Translations under genes and position numbers: made by a program | The notes under the pieces: generated by a model | Told to the model about the DNA's origin: nothing | Databases searched by the model: none | What the model saw: the letters and a program-made list of their open reading frames with translations, nothing else | Shown here: positions 14,365 through 27,669 of the stretch, piece by piece | Position numbering within the stretch: position 1 is the stretch's first letter | How the letters are laid out: the number at the start of each line of letters is the position of its first letter | Assembly: GCA_964016885.1 (NCBI GenBank) | Contig: OZ024745.1 | Coordinates: 94,550,001-94,614,000, forward strand | Direction: 5' to 3' | Source: Eledone cirrhosa | Lineage: Eukaryota | Length of the DNA: 64,000 bases

Positions 14365-14770
14365 GACTTCTTAAGGGCCACCACCTCTAATCGGAGTCGT
14401 CTTTACTGACGGCTCTGCCGCTGGAACTTTTAAGAGTGAACGATCCAATGCCCTCTTCAGGGCCACCCAGTTTAAATTGTTACCATCGGATTCATCTTTG
14501 CTGGCAGCACCGCCGCTGAGATATTTCAAAGTGAACGTTAAAAGGTCCTCTTCAGGGCCACCAACTATAAATTGTTATCGCTGGATTCGTCTTTGCTGGC
14601 AGCACCGCCGCTGAGACTTTTAAGAGTGAACGATCTAAGGCTCCCTTTAGAGCCCCCAACTTTAAATTGTTACCATCGAATTCGTCTTTGCTGGCAGCAT
14701 CGCCGCAGAGATATTTCAAATTGAACGTTCAAAGGCCCTCTTTAGGGCCAACACCTATAAATTGTTACTT
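14365..14770 (+). repeat. ~95-bp minisatellite in the Helitron 3' region
   Basis: cagggccac...aaattgtta...tctttgctggcagcaccgccgctgaga recurs about 4 times. Confidence 0.85.
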
Positions 14771-15049
14771 CTATAGTCGTGTTTAACGGAAGTCTTTCGG
14801 TTCATTTGAACGACTACTCCATTGAGAGATATACCTGGCAACGCCGGGTACCTCTGCTAGTAGAAGATAAATAGAAATGAAAGAGTGACAAGAGGAAAAA
14901 TCGGGGAAAAATGAGAAATAAAGGGGGAGAAAAAAACACACGTGCGCATTCAGTCAGCCATCGTGTGTGTGAGTGTGTGTTTATATGTGTATGTATGAAA
15001 ATATTGATATCCAAATACATTGAAGCTACAATGAAAAAGGTAATGATTA

Positions 15050-15157
15050 TAATTGTTTCTACTTTTAGCACAAGGCCAGCAATTAACCAGTGCATTGCTG
15101 GTACTTTATTTTATCGACCCCGTAAGGATGAAAGGCAAAGTTAACCTCGGCGGGATT
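15050..15157 (-). mobile_element. tRNA-SINE 3' fragment
   Basis: ttatcgaccccgtaaggatgaaaggcaaagttaacctcggcggga. Confidence 0.8.
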
Positions 15158-15631
15158 AAGTTTATAATGATTATAATGTTAGAAAATTGAGTAATATAAC
15201 ATTAGAGACACAACAATATTTGGACTACAGCCTATATATCGATTCTGTATTGTTTATAATATAGTAATATTTGCAATTAAAACTTGAAATTGCTGGTCTT
15301 GCTAAAGTCCAATCCTAATCCTAATTCTATTCTATTAAAAGTTGAGCCAACTTATACAGCTTCATATGCAAATGAGATTAATCACCTCATTTACACAGAC
15401 AAGAAAACTATATATTCTCGACTGTTTTCAAGTCCAGCAGCCAAAAGTGTGGGAGGGATCGTCCTGACGACGGCTTTCTAAATGTTTACCTTGTAAACAT
15501 ACCATGTTTCTTTAGAAATACGAAATATCTATACATATCTGTATACAGCTATGCCTGAAGCTAAATTCTAATGCTAGTCTAATAATATAATATCTATCTA
15601 TCTATCTACCAATCGATCTACATCTATCTAT

Positions 15632-15972
15632 CGAGTTCAAATCCTGCCGAGGTTAACTTTACCTTTCATCCTTACGGGGTCGATAAACTAAAGTACCTGC
15701 AATGTAGTGGATAATAGCTGGCCTTGTGACAAAAGTAGAAACAATTATAGTAGATTCGGTGGATTGACAGAATCGGTAGAGCATCGGACAACTTGTTTAG
15801 AGTTACAGCCCTTTACATTCTGAATTCAAATCCCGCCGAGATTAGCTTTGCTTCTCATCCTTACAGGGGTCGATAAAATAAAGTACCAGTAATGCACTAG
15901 GGTCGATTTACTCGACTTTCCCTTTCTTTCCTCCAAAATTGTTAACCTTATACCTAAATCAGAAACCATTAT
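15632..15972 (+). mobile_element. Two adjacent tRNA-SINE copies
   Basis: Two B boxes and two catccttac(a)ggggtcgataaa bodies. Confidence 0.8.
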
Positions 15973-16566
15973 AATAGACTCCACTAGTGGTACCCTAGCG
16001 CCCAATATGGATATTTAACAAAACGACTGTTACTCAAAATATCGAATCCTATCTACAACGTATTTTACCCCTTCCTGTCTATATCCTATCTTCTAATATA
16101 CGTACGTTGATATTGTTTTTCCACCCAAATTAATAAAATATTTTAACCTTAAAGCAATGTACGAATTTTCAATATATTTAGAGGCCTGGGTTAATTAGTT
16201 TTATTTTACTTTAAAGGATTTATTGATTAATGGTTTTGTATTATTCTCTACACAGTCTTTTTATCTTAACTTTTTTTTTTTATTTCTTTCATTATAGTTC
16301 TTCCCTTGGGTTATTTAATGAAATGATTTGGAAAACATATTGCTCGTGTAGGATAACATTGTGTAATTCCGTCATATCTTAGGTTTAACTTGCTCACATT
16401 TTATTATCTATCCTAAAATAATTTACACCTACTGGATATGTACAGATTCTCACTTAAAAAAAACTATAACGTTGCAATATTTGAACACTATATATACACA
16501 TATGCCCATATTCATAGTATGCAAAATGTCACACACACGCACACACACACACACGCACACGCACAC

Positions 16567-16608
<42 letters not shown>

Positions 16609-16716
16609 ACATATATATATATATGTATATAATATATATTTATATATTTGTATATATATATATATATATATATTAATTCCAAATATTAACAAAATAAATA
16701 TTCGTGTGATCAATTA

Positions 16717-16783
16717 TATTTTATTATACATATTTCAGAGGTACTGAATTAAGTTCAACAGTACGTCCTCATCAGATAAAATA
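16717..16783 (-). ncRNA. Type-I hammerhead ribozyme (long stem II, minimal stem III)
   Basis: TATTTTAT-CTGATGA-GGAC GTACTG..CAGTAC CTCT-GAAA-TATGTA-TA-ATAAAATA. Confidence 0.8.
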
Positions 16784-17686
16784 AAATGATACATGACATA
16801 CCCTGACGTGGTAGATGGTTAAGATTTAATCAAGGTAGTGATTAACTTATGAGAAAACTCAATATTTATACCCTAATATTGAAAACATGAGAAAACGTAA
16901 TACAATCAATAGAGAGAGTGTGAGTAATATATTTTAAGAAATACATGGCATCAATGAAACAGTTATAGAATTTTTAATATTTAAAAAACTATTAGAGAAA
17001 TATGCGGGAGAGGAAAGCATAGAGGAAGACGTAGCTGATGTTATAACTTATTTAGTATTTAGCTTGAGAAGACAAATGAAAGATAAATAAGGAGAGAGAG
17101 AGAGACAAAGGGGAGTAATTTATGCTTAAGTTTCTACATACACATATTCATATAGAGTTGGCGGTTCATTTTCAAAATATTTAATTTATGTTATTTCAGG
17201 GTAAAGAATCAAATTTTAGGTTTTAAAAGTTGATGGGTATTTGTATTAATATTATAATATAATTATGTTAAATTTCTAAAATTCAAATTTCATGAAGACA
17301 AATTTAAAGGATTTACGAAACCCGCGAAAGAAAGAAAATATACACATAATATTCGATATCCCCACAAAGGTAATCTTTACCAAAATTACTTATAATATTG
17401 ACAACAGTTTCTATAATATAATTTATGAGATATTTACAGTTATAACTATTAAAGAATTTATTGTTAAATAGTTAGAGTGCCTAAAGTATTAACAGGTCTT
17501 ATAATTAAACTTAAAGGAGTCAGAGTATTCAGCTATATATATGTGTGTATTGATCATAATATACCAAGACTATAATTTATTATGTGTTCATATATTGTAT
17601 TAAGTAAATGATTATACAAATTCGACCTTCCAGGGAAAACCAAACACTTATAATAATGTCATTTGAGTGTTTAAATTATTTATATA

Positions 17687-18060
17687 AATGTAACTACGAT
17701 TATGTTATTACCCTAGATAAAGATATTTGTACAAACTATATATGAAACGGTATACATTTAATAAAGAATAATAAAATCATTGTTATTAGTTTTATACAAT
17801 GTAACTACGATTATGTTATTACACTAGGTAAAGATATTTGTACAAACTAAATATATATATACTAGGTATTAATAAAACAGTATACATTTAATAAAGAATA
17901 ACAATTATAATCTTTGTTAGTAGTTTTATATAAATGTAACTACGATTATGTTATTACACTAGATAAAGATATTTGTACAAACTATATATAGATATACTAG
18001 GTATTAATGAAACGGTATACATTTAATAAAAAATAGCGATTATAATCATTGTTAGTAGTT
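17687..18060. repeat. Three-unit ~110-135-bp tandem repeat
   Basis: aatgtaactacgattatgttattac.ctag.taaagatatttgtacaaacta at ~17687, 17798 and 17932. Confidence 0.85.
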
Positions 18061-18198
18061 TTACCTCCAATTCAGTGGAGAAATAAACCCATATTTGTCA
18101 GCTATTATGGTTTGTTAAATATACATAAAAAAGCAAAGCGCAAATCCAACTTTCTGAGTCCCCCAAAACCATCTCAAAATGAGTAAAATATATATATA

Positions 18199-18537
18199 TC
18201 ATCATCATTTCATTTTACGTCCGCTTTTTCTCTGCTTGCGAGGGTGGGGAGGGAACTGATACTGGCTTGATTTCTACAGCTGGATGCCCTTCCTAACAAC
18301 AACCTCATTTACAGTGAGTGCTGGGTGCTTTTTTGCCGTGGCACCTCCACGACCACTTTGCAGTGGAATGATAGGGACTCCAGTTCCTATCATCTCATTT
18401 CTACAGCTGAGTAAACTGGAGCAATGTGAAATAAAGTGTCTTGCTCAAGGAAACAACACATCACCTGGTTTGAGAATTGAAGTCACAACCTTTCGATTGC
18501 AAGACCAATGCTCTAACCACTAAGCCATGTGCCTCCA
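18199..18537 (-). mobile_element. tRNA-derived CORE-type SINE with (TGA)n tail
   Basis: gaggcacatggcttagtggttagagc head, ccttgagcaagacacttt core, ggaagggcatccagctgtagaaa tail. Confidence 0.75.
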
Positions 18538-18813
18538 TATATATATATTTATAAAATATGTAAACGCATGAATGATCCACAGTTCAAATTAAAATCAGTA
18601 AATTTATAGGTTAGATATCAAAACTATCTATTTAAAACAGAGACAGAAAAATAAAGATCTGAATCAGAGTTAAAAATATCCAAAAAACCATAGGGTATTC
18701 ATATCTATCAAGTAAACAAGTTATCAAACAAGCGTTATTCATTCAAACATCAATTCCATTATAAATGATTAGAAGATAAAGCATTATTAAAGTTTTATAA
18801 ACCATTATGACTT

Positions 18814-19000
18814 TGGATTGGCAGTATTGGTAGAGGGTCGGACGCCATGCTTTCCCACATAGTTACGTCCCTTTACGATCTGAGTTCAAATCCCGCCAAG
18901 GTTGACTTTGCCTTTCATCCTTACGGGGTCGATAAAATAAAGTACCAGTAATGCACTGGGTAATTGCTGGCTGGCCTTGTGCCTAAAGTAGAAACAATTA
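18814..19000 (+). mobile_element. tRNA-derived SINE
   Basis: Same family as 2815-3005. Confidence 0.85.
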
Positions 19001-19438
19001 TGACTTATATGTTCAACAGTTGATGATAGACGTCGAAAATCAGGCTTGATTGCTTACTGTTTTTTTCCTGACCTTTTGCGAGGCTTGGAATGTAGACAAA
19101 GCTTTATGAAGGCAGTTTGAGAATAATTCACTTATTTATCTTTCATTTGTCTTCTCAAGCTAAATACTAAATAAATTATAACATCAGCTACGTCTTCCTC
19201 TATGCTTTCCTCTCCCGCATATTTCTCTAATAGTTTTTTAAATATTAAAAATTCTATAACTGTTATATTGATGCCATGTATTTCTTAAAATATATTACTC
19301 ACACTCTCTCTTTTAATTGTATTACGTTTTCTCATGTTCTCAATATTAAGGTATAGATATTGAGTTTTCTCATAAGTTAATCACTAACTTGAATAGATCT
19401 TAACCATCTACCATGTCAGGGTATGTCATGTATCATTT

Positions 19439-19505
19439 TATTTCATCTGATGAGGACGTACTGTTGAACTTAATTCAGTACCTCTGAAATATATATAATA
19501 AAATA
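19439..19505 (+). ncRNA. Type-I hammerhead ribozyme
   Basis: tatttcat-CTGATGA(19447)-GGACGTACTG..CAGTACCTCT-GAAA-TATATA-TA-ataaaata. Confidence 0.78.
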
Positions 19506-20113
19506 TAATTGATCATAAGAATATCTATTTTTTTAATATTTGGAATTAATATTAATAACTCTGGAAAATATTATCTGTAGAGTGCTTCCAATCTATTGTA
19601 AAACTCATTCTTTGATGTACTAATTGAATCTTGTTTAACTCTTAAATATATATATATGTATATAATATAATATATATATATATTTGTATATAATATATAT
19701 ATATATTTGTATATAATATAATATATATATATATATTATGCTTTTTACATTCATTTGATTTATTGATTTATTGATATTTTATCTGAGTATCCCGAATCTT
19801 CCAGATCGTAATTTTTCGGTCGTATGGTTGATTTTAGACATGTTCTATGTGTGTCGGTATTTTAACGATAGTTATAGCTCTGATTTATCTGAATTATTGA
19901 GCCCTCTGCCGCTCATTTCGAATTTTGTTTATCGTGAACTCGTGCGCCGATTTTTCGATACTCGATTATTCTACTATATGATATAATATATATATATATA
20001 TATTTGTATATAATATAATATATATATATATTTGTATATAATATAATATATATATATATTCGTATATAATATAATATATATATATATTTGTATATAATAT
20101 ATATATATATTTG

Positions 20114-20297
<184 letters not shown>

Positions 20298-20752
20298 GTG
20301 TTGGATGCTTAAAGCGTCCGTATGACTCGTAGAGCAGAGTATGATATGACAGAAAAAAGAGAATCAGTGTTGTTACGAAAGGAATTTATTGGACATATTA
20401 CAATTATTTCTTGGCAACCAGTTCGAGGCACGATCGATATCGTGATCAAACCAGACTCTGAAATCGCGCGGTCGTCGGACACGTCTTGATTCTACGAAGC
20501 AGATTTTCCTATTGTCCTTTAACATCGAATTTCTTCGTTTGTTTATTTAGATCCTGTTGTTGTCTCCCATGAGTGGTCGAGAATTGTACACGTCACCGGT
20601 ATTTCTAGCCACTCATGAATGCCCATTTCTTGATTCTTCTCGCTTCATGTATCAGAATTACTTATAACTCCGGAAAACCTTTCTGTTGAGTGCTTCCAAT
20701 CTATTCAAAAATCATTCTTTGATGTATTCATTGAACCTTGATTAACTTTTAA

Positions 20753-20796
<44 letters not shown>

Positions 20797-20806
<10 letters not shown>

Positions 20807-21198
20807 TAAACGGAATAGAAAATGCTGACAAATTGTTCACAGTTGAAAAATGGTTTAATAGGAATAAAAGAGTATTAGTGATTGTATGGGTTAGTATTCA
20901 GTTGTGGTTTTAAGTTTTTAAGTTTTTGCCGGTTGCGCATTTCTAAATGCTTTTCAAAAATAATTTTGAGATAGAGTGTCCGTGCTGTTTGCTCTGATCA
21001 GAGCAAACAGCACGGACACTCTATCTCAAAATTATTTTTGAAAAGCATTTAGAAATGCGCAACCGGCAAAAACTTAAAAACTTAAAACCACAACTGAATA
21101 CTAACCCATACAATCACTAATACTCTTTTATTCCTATTAAACCATTTTTCAACTGTGAACAATTTGTCAGCAATTTCTATTCCGTTTACCAATATATA
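20797..21198. repeat. ~400-bp near-perfect spacerless palindrome
   Basis: Centre ctctga|tcagag at 20997/20998; arms are reverse complements with about one mismatch. Confidence 0.95.
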
Positions 21199-21493
21199 AT
21201 AACTTGTGTGTTACACCTCTATTCTTTTAACTATATATATATATATATAGGAACCAGTAAGACCCCGACCGCTGAGCTCAAGTCGCGACGGCTAAAAAAA
21301 AAAAAAAATATCTAAAAATAAAAAAAATTGGTATGTGAAGGGTAAGGCAGAAAGTAGGGGGGGGGGGGGAATAAATGACATTTGAAAAGGTTTAAATATA
21401 AGGGGAGATAAGGGAGAAAGAGAATACGAGAGTACAGAACGTGGATTCAGCAGGTAAAAAAAACGTAGTGGAAGTAAAGAGCAGGAAAGGAGT

Positions 21494-23636
21494 TCAAGGT
21501 GGTTGAGTTATCATAGGAATGTCAATCCAGTTACAGATCAGATGTGATTTCAGATGAGGACAACATCTGAAGATCTCGGTCTTTGACTTCAGGATAGCAG
21601 AAGTGGCTCTCAAGTTTAGCAAAATCCTATATTTTTCCGTGGTACACAAAGAACAATTTTTTGTGCCCCTTTGGTACTCCCTTGAATGGTCTAAAATAGA
21701 CCAATCGATAGAGTCCGGGAGGTTTTTATCCTTGAATTCCCACATCTTACTTGCGAGGGCCGTTGCTGTTCGTTTATCGGAGTGCTTAAAAGAGGCGACA
21801 TGTGCATAAAACCTGCTTTTAAACCTGTCCTGGGTCATGCCAACATATCGCTCACTCCTGGCTGGCTGGTTGTTTATTAAAGGTGTCACTTTGGCCTTAT
21901 AAACAACGGATTTGGTGTTACATTTGCCCTGTAATGGGCATTCATCCGGCTTCCTGCAACTGCATCCTGGATTTGTTCTCGTACGATTTGAATTAGTGAT
22001 CTTAGACTTCATTGATGGGCAACAAGAGTAACTGATCTTAACTACATTTCTATTAAATATCTTATAATATCTATGATTAGGAGGAAAGTGTTTATCTAAG
22101 AGGTCAAGGAATTTCCTTCCTACATCAGTTTTGACAGTTAGAGAGAAGGGGGATATAAACCAAATAATTTTCCTTTTCCTATTATTGTGGTTAGTTTTTT
22201 TTTTTTTGGGGGGGGGGGGGGGGTAAATAATAAATCTGTTCTGTAAAACCGCTGTTATTAAGAGCTTTATTATAATAAGGGGCGGCTTTATTAAAAATGT
22301 CTAGAGACGAAGATAAGGTAGAAATCCTACGGCTAATGTTGGGAATAAGATTTTTAAAAACTATAGGGGGATGGCAAGGCTCTTTGCGTATATATCTAAG
22401 ATTTTCATTAGGTTTATGATAAGGTTTAAAAGAGGCGGTAAGTAGATCAAGACTAATGTCAAGAAAGTTAGCATTGGTAAGGTTCGTATCTATAGTAATT
22501 TTAAGGTTAACATTAGCAAAAGTATTGATTAAATCTTTACGGAATTTATCAAGGTTATGGCCGTTGGTGGTATGAGAAACTGCCAATCCGTCATCACGGT
22601 ATAAACCGATATTATGGGAAGGAAATTTCTCTTTGAGGGTGTGGAGAAGGAATAATCCTACTAAGTCACACACATCCGCACTGTCATATGAACCCATTGC
22701 AACATCAAAAGAGTTTTCAAGGTTTGACTTTTTAACCCAAATACTTTCATCAGTAAAGAGTAAAGTTTTTCTAGCATGAAAGATAATGTCTTCTTCTAAT
22801 TTAGAAATATTGATGAAGGGTCTTGCAAACTCTAAGGCATTAGTTAATAAGGAAACAGTAATAGAGGGGTAAAAATCAACAATATCAAATTGGGTAAATC
22901 TACACTTATTTTTACCTGGTATATTATTAAACCAAGAAATAACAGAGGAAGTATTTAACCATTGTGATAGGTCAGTCTTAGTTCTAATTTGGAGAATTAT
23001 TTTTCTTAAGATTTTTTTACTTGCAAGGCCAACTTCGGATTTAGCCGGGTTAATCAGTCTACAACTAGGTCGATTGGTAAAGTCTAATTTATGGTCTTTA
23101 AAGGTAATATATTCTTTACTCTTAGCTAGGCTTTCAATCCGGTTGTCTATATTTAAAGAACTAGCTAGTTCTTTAGCTTCTTTATTAATAGTATTGTAGG
23201 TATTATTATTAGTTAATTGATATTTGTTGGCGATACTATTAGTTAAAAGTTGGTTATACAAAATACTATTAACTTCAAAGAGATTTTTAGTTTTATCGGA
23301 AAGAACAAAGGTGTTTGTAGAATTTTTAAAATTAGAAATATCGTTAGACAGTTTAGTTTGAAAATTATTATTGTACTTACGAAATTTGATATCACTAATT
23401 AAATTAACAAGGTCTAATTCGAAGTTGGCCATGTCTTTAATTCTAGGTGGATATTTACTGGATTTTATGTCAAAACAATCATTAGTATCAGCACTGAATA
23501 GTCCATCGTAAACCATTGCCTTCCATCTCATTCTTTTAACGACTTGTTCGATTTTATCTATAAGCATTTTGGTATAAGTTGTGTTGGAAGGAGTAGGTAT
23601 ATTTTTGATTGAATAATCCAATTCATAAAGGTCCAT
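21494..23636 (-). CDS. Naiad-type PLE reverse transcriptase + GIY-YIG endonuclease (~715 aa, one frameshift in a C/A homopolymer at ~22195-22225)
   Basis: YSIKNIP..RMRWKA, FDIVDFYPSI, AMGSYD, YRDD. The gap reads open in a shifted frame (RKIIWFISPFS...KISYSCCPSM), then CSCRKPDECPLQGKC, VVY..YVG. Confidence 0.9.
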
Positions 23637-23709
23637 GGTGTATGTTGGTTAAATTCCTGAAATTTGTATACATATATATATGTATAAAAATACAATCTAA
23701 ATATATATT

Positions 23710-23822
23710 AGGAGAATGTTTGACCCCGACGGCAGAGCTCAAGCCGTTCCGAGGCCTATTTTTAGTCCAGAAATAGCCGTCGAAACGGCTTGAGCTCTGC
23801 CATCGGGGTCAAACATTCTCCT
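23710..23822. repeat. ~50-bp-arm hairpin (inverted pseudo-LTR)
   Basis: aggagaatgtttgaccccga.ggcagagctcaagccgtt and its reverse complement. Confidence 0.9.
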
Positions 23823-23900
23823 CTTACTCACTCTACTACCCTAAGTATTGAGTACTCTGGTGCGTTATGGTCCATCTGGTTCCTTACCACACTTCTTTCG

Positions 23901-23950
<50 letters not shown>

Positions 23951-23976
23951 ATATAATATAATATAATATAATATAT

Positions 23977-25310
23977 TTTGACATTACTATGGGTTCGTCA
24001 GATTCAGCGCATGTTACAAATCTTGTGGGAATTTTTATCCCTAACATGGTAAATAGAAAACTGCCGGAGATTACCGAAGGTTTATATAGGGACGACATAC
24101 TATTTATTGTAGAAAAACATAACAATAGCGAATTAAATAGAGTAAAGAAAATAATTAAAAATAACGACCTGAAATTAAAAGTATAAAATAATAATAAAAT
24201 ACTTAATTTTTTAGACTCTAATTTGAACTCAGGCCTTTATTATCCTTTTCATAAAGTTAATGAGAACTTAAATTATGTTAGTTTTTATTCTAATCACCCT
24301 AAAAGTGTTAAGAATACAATAGTCAACAGTGTACAACAACGAATATCCAGGCTGTCTGCTAATAGATCCATAGTTAATAGTAAGGCTATATATTATAATG
24401 ATGCGTTACATAAAGCTGGATATAACAATAATATTGAGTATATAGAAAAAATACTGAAAATTAAATAAATTATAATCACAGTAATCATAATAAAAATGAA
24501 TATAAAAGCAACAATTTGATGAATAAATCGGGGAAAAAAATGAGAACTAGATCTATAACTTGGTACGCTCCGCCAGCATCTTTAGCTATTAAAACACCTG
24601 TAGCACATTTATTTTTTAAAGCTTTGGATAAATGCTTTCCTAGGTCACTTAAATATTACTCTATCTTCAATAGATACACAGTTAAACTTTCTTATTCAAC
24701 AACTATGAATATTGCTCAAAATATAGCAAAAATAAATAATAAAAATCTTAAGTTGAACCAACCTATAATTAGCAACAATATTAATAACAATATATTAGTT
24801 AATGGGAATAACAATAATAATAGTTTAAAAACGAATAATAGTAGAACACATTTAAATAATAATGGGATTATTTTAACGCCTGTAAATAACATTGAGAAGA
24901 AATATAATTGTAGAAAGAGGTCTGAATGTCCTTTACAAAATAATTGCCTTGACAAAAATCTAGTATATAAATGTACCATTAAGACAAATAATAATATATA
25001 TAACTACATAGGTGCCACCTCATCTAAATTTAAGAATCGTTGGTATAATCATTGACACTCTTTCAATAGACCAGATAAGACATTTTCAACTTCACTTTCA
25101 CCACTAGTATGGTCTTTAAAGTCAATAATATTAAATACTCCATCTCTTGAACGAAAGTAAAGAATGCTGCTTCCTATCGGAACTCAACTATTTCGCAAAT
25201 TTGCAATTTTTGTAACCTTGAGATTCTACAGATAATTATAAGTTATGACAATTTAATCAACAAAAAAAAAAAATGAATTATTTATTAGTTGTCACCATAA
25301 AATTGTACAA
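23977..25310 (+). pseudogene. 5'-truncated degraded Naiad-type PLE
   Basis: MGSSDSA, GLYRDD, SNHP, ITWYAPP, KLSYST, NCRKRSECPLQNNC, YIGAT; several stops. Confidence 0.85.
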
Positions 25311-26584
25311 GTTTCGAAAAAATATTGACAATTAATAATTTAAATATATATATAAGTTTTGCCTTATTGTAGTAATAATTTATTGTTATTTATATGTATT
25401 AGAATAATTTCATTAAGAGTCTCGTCATCCTATGCTTTGATTAGGACAGTTCAATATTTAACTAGACATCAATTATGATATATACAATAGATGATTTATA
25501 GCTTTCGAAATATCGCTGGACGTGAGAGTTGACATAAGTTATAAATGCTTATATGGTGAATGAGTTATCTTCCTTTTGTTTACATTGTCCGTAAAAATTT
25601 CTTTTGACTAACTTGCTTAAATATATTAAATATGAAATATATAGATTAATAATATATAGACTATCATTAAAAGGAAACTATATATCAAAATAAGTAAATA
25701 CAGAAGTAAATATTACCTTTCATTAAATTAATGAAATAAAACTTTTGAGAGTAAATATGACTACAGTTTGATTCTAGGAATTAAATAAAAATTAATGAAT
25801 AGTAAAGCTTTTATAAAGAGAATCTCTAAATTAAATAAAATAATTTGGGTAATAAATGATTTAAATATATTATATGTATTGATGATGATTTATGCATGGT
25901 AATATATTTTAATACATATTTAATAATTATTTAAATAAGCTTTAAAAATTAATTCTCTTAAAGTTGTAACAAAATATTTATAGAATATCTTACCATTGTA
26001 ATAATCTATAATGAGTTAAATTAAATTATATAAATTTATTATTAAATTAAATATCTGATTGATATAGAAAGTAATCTATACTGAATAATCTTGATATAAT
26101 ATATAAGTATAATTAGCTAAAACATAATCAAATACAAGAGATATTCAATTGTTTATGAATATGAATAGATTTGTTTATGAATAGATTTGATTTCTTATTT
26201 TACCTAGCATTTGAAAACAACGGTTTTATTATTCCCCTCTATTCGGGGTTTCCTTATCTTTCTTTATTTCTCTTTACCCCTTTCGTTCCCTTTTACTATC
26301 CCCACACCTTCCCTCTCTTTTCTCGTTATTTGTCTTTTCCTTTTTATATATTTCTTTTCTTCTTTTATTCATTCATCCATTTATTTTTTTATTCATTTAT
26401 CTATTTATGTATGTATTTATTTATTTCTTGCCTTTCCTCTTCTTTACTGAATCTCTAATTTTCTCTATGTCCTTTTCTTCTTTGTTTATTTGTGGTATAA
26501 AAACGTTGAGATTTGATGAAATAAATCACTGCCAATACGGGAATTGAATAATCAAGACCGTAGCGGTATGTCATATAACAAATC

Positions 26585-26656
26585 ATATATTTTATCTGAT
26601 GAGGACGTACTGCAGAAACAGCACAGTACCTTTGAAATATATATAATAAAGTATAT
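26585..26656 (+). ncRNA. Type-I hammerhead ribozyme
   Basis: ATATATTTTAT-CTGATGA-GGAC GTACTG..CAGTAC CTTT-GAAA-TATATA-TA-ATAAAGTATAT (11-bp stem I). Confidence 0.82.
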
Positions 26657-26718
26657 ATTTTGTTTATGCGAATATTTTCCATTTGTTAACATTTTGAATA
26701 ATATATATATATATATAT

Positions 26719-27505
<787 letters not shown>

Positions 27506-27592
27506 TCGGTATATAGAAGAATCAGAATATAGAAGAATCGGAAACCAAGTTCCTTTAACTGTTCTTTTGTAACTCGTTGAATAACCCCTCAC

Positions 27593-27667
27593 CGTAGGTC
27601 GACTCTGTCTAGTGTAGTAATTAGCCATTACTGCATTCAGGATAATCCTAAGCATTTCTTGCCTAAC
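27593..27667 (-). CDS. Putative 75-nt host-gene exon (VRQEMLRIILNAVMANYYTRQSRPT)
   Basis: TAG acceptor, ACG|GTGAGG donor, open phase 0-0, in frame with 28552-28623. Confidence 0.35.
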
Positions 27668-27669
27668 CT

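Larger units (their letters stand above)
9006..14860 (+). mobile_element. Helitron (defective RepHel)
   Basis: 5' TC after A; 3' hairpin CCTGGCAACGCCGGG then CTAG before T. PIF1 helicase motifs APGGTGKT, IVWDE, GDFRQ, FAMSINKSQGQT, plus ECFYLRLLL. Confidence 0.92.
16661..19552. repeat. ~430-bp inverted repeat (16661-17091 / 19130-19552); PLE pseudo-LTR pair, each arm with an HHR
   Basis: The arms are reverse complements, and degraded GIY-YIG-like text lies on the minus strand at ~17110-17330. Confidence 0.85.
21250..23885 (-). mobile_element. Penelope-like element, Naiad-type, nearly intact
   Basis: RT+GIY-YIG ORF with a shared motif TAGCCGTCG..CTTGAGCTC..TCGGGGTC..CTGGTTCCT at both ends; the 5' copy is inverted. 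Confidence 0.88.

Noticed and set aside
14365-14770. Regularly spaced repeats resembling a CRISPR array
   Set aside because: Whole units repeat with no unique spacers, there are no cas genes, and the context is a eukaryotic Helitron.
21494-25310. Selenocysteine recoding or SECIS, as reported for some Naiads
   Set aside because: The intact ORF has no in-frame TGA at Cys positions, the TGA at 25053 is at a non-Cys site in a decayed copy, and I found no convincing SECIS.
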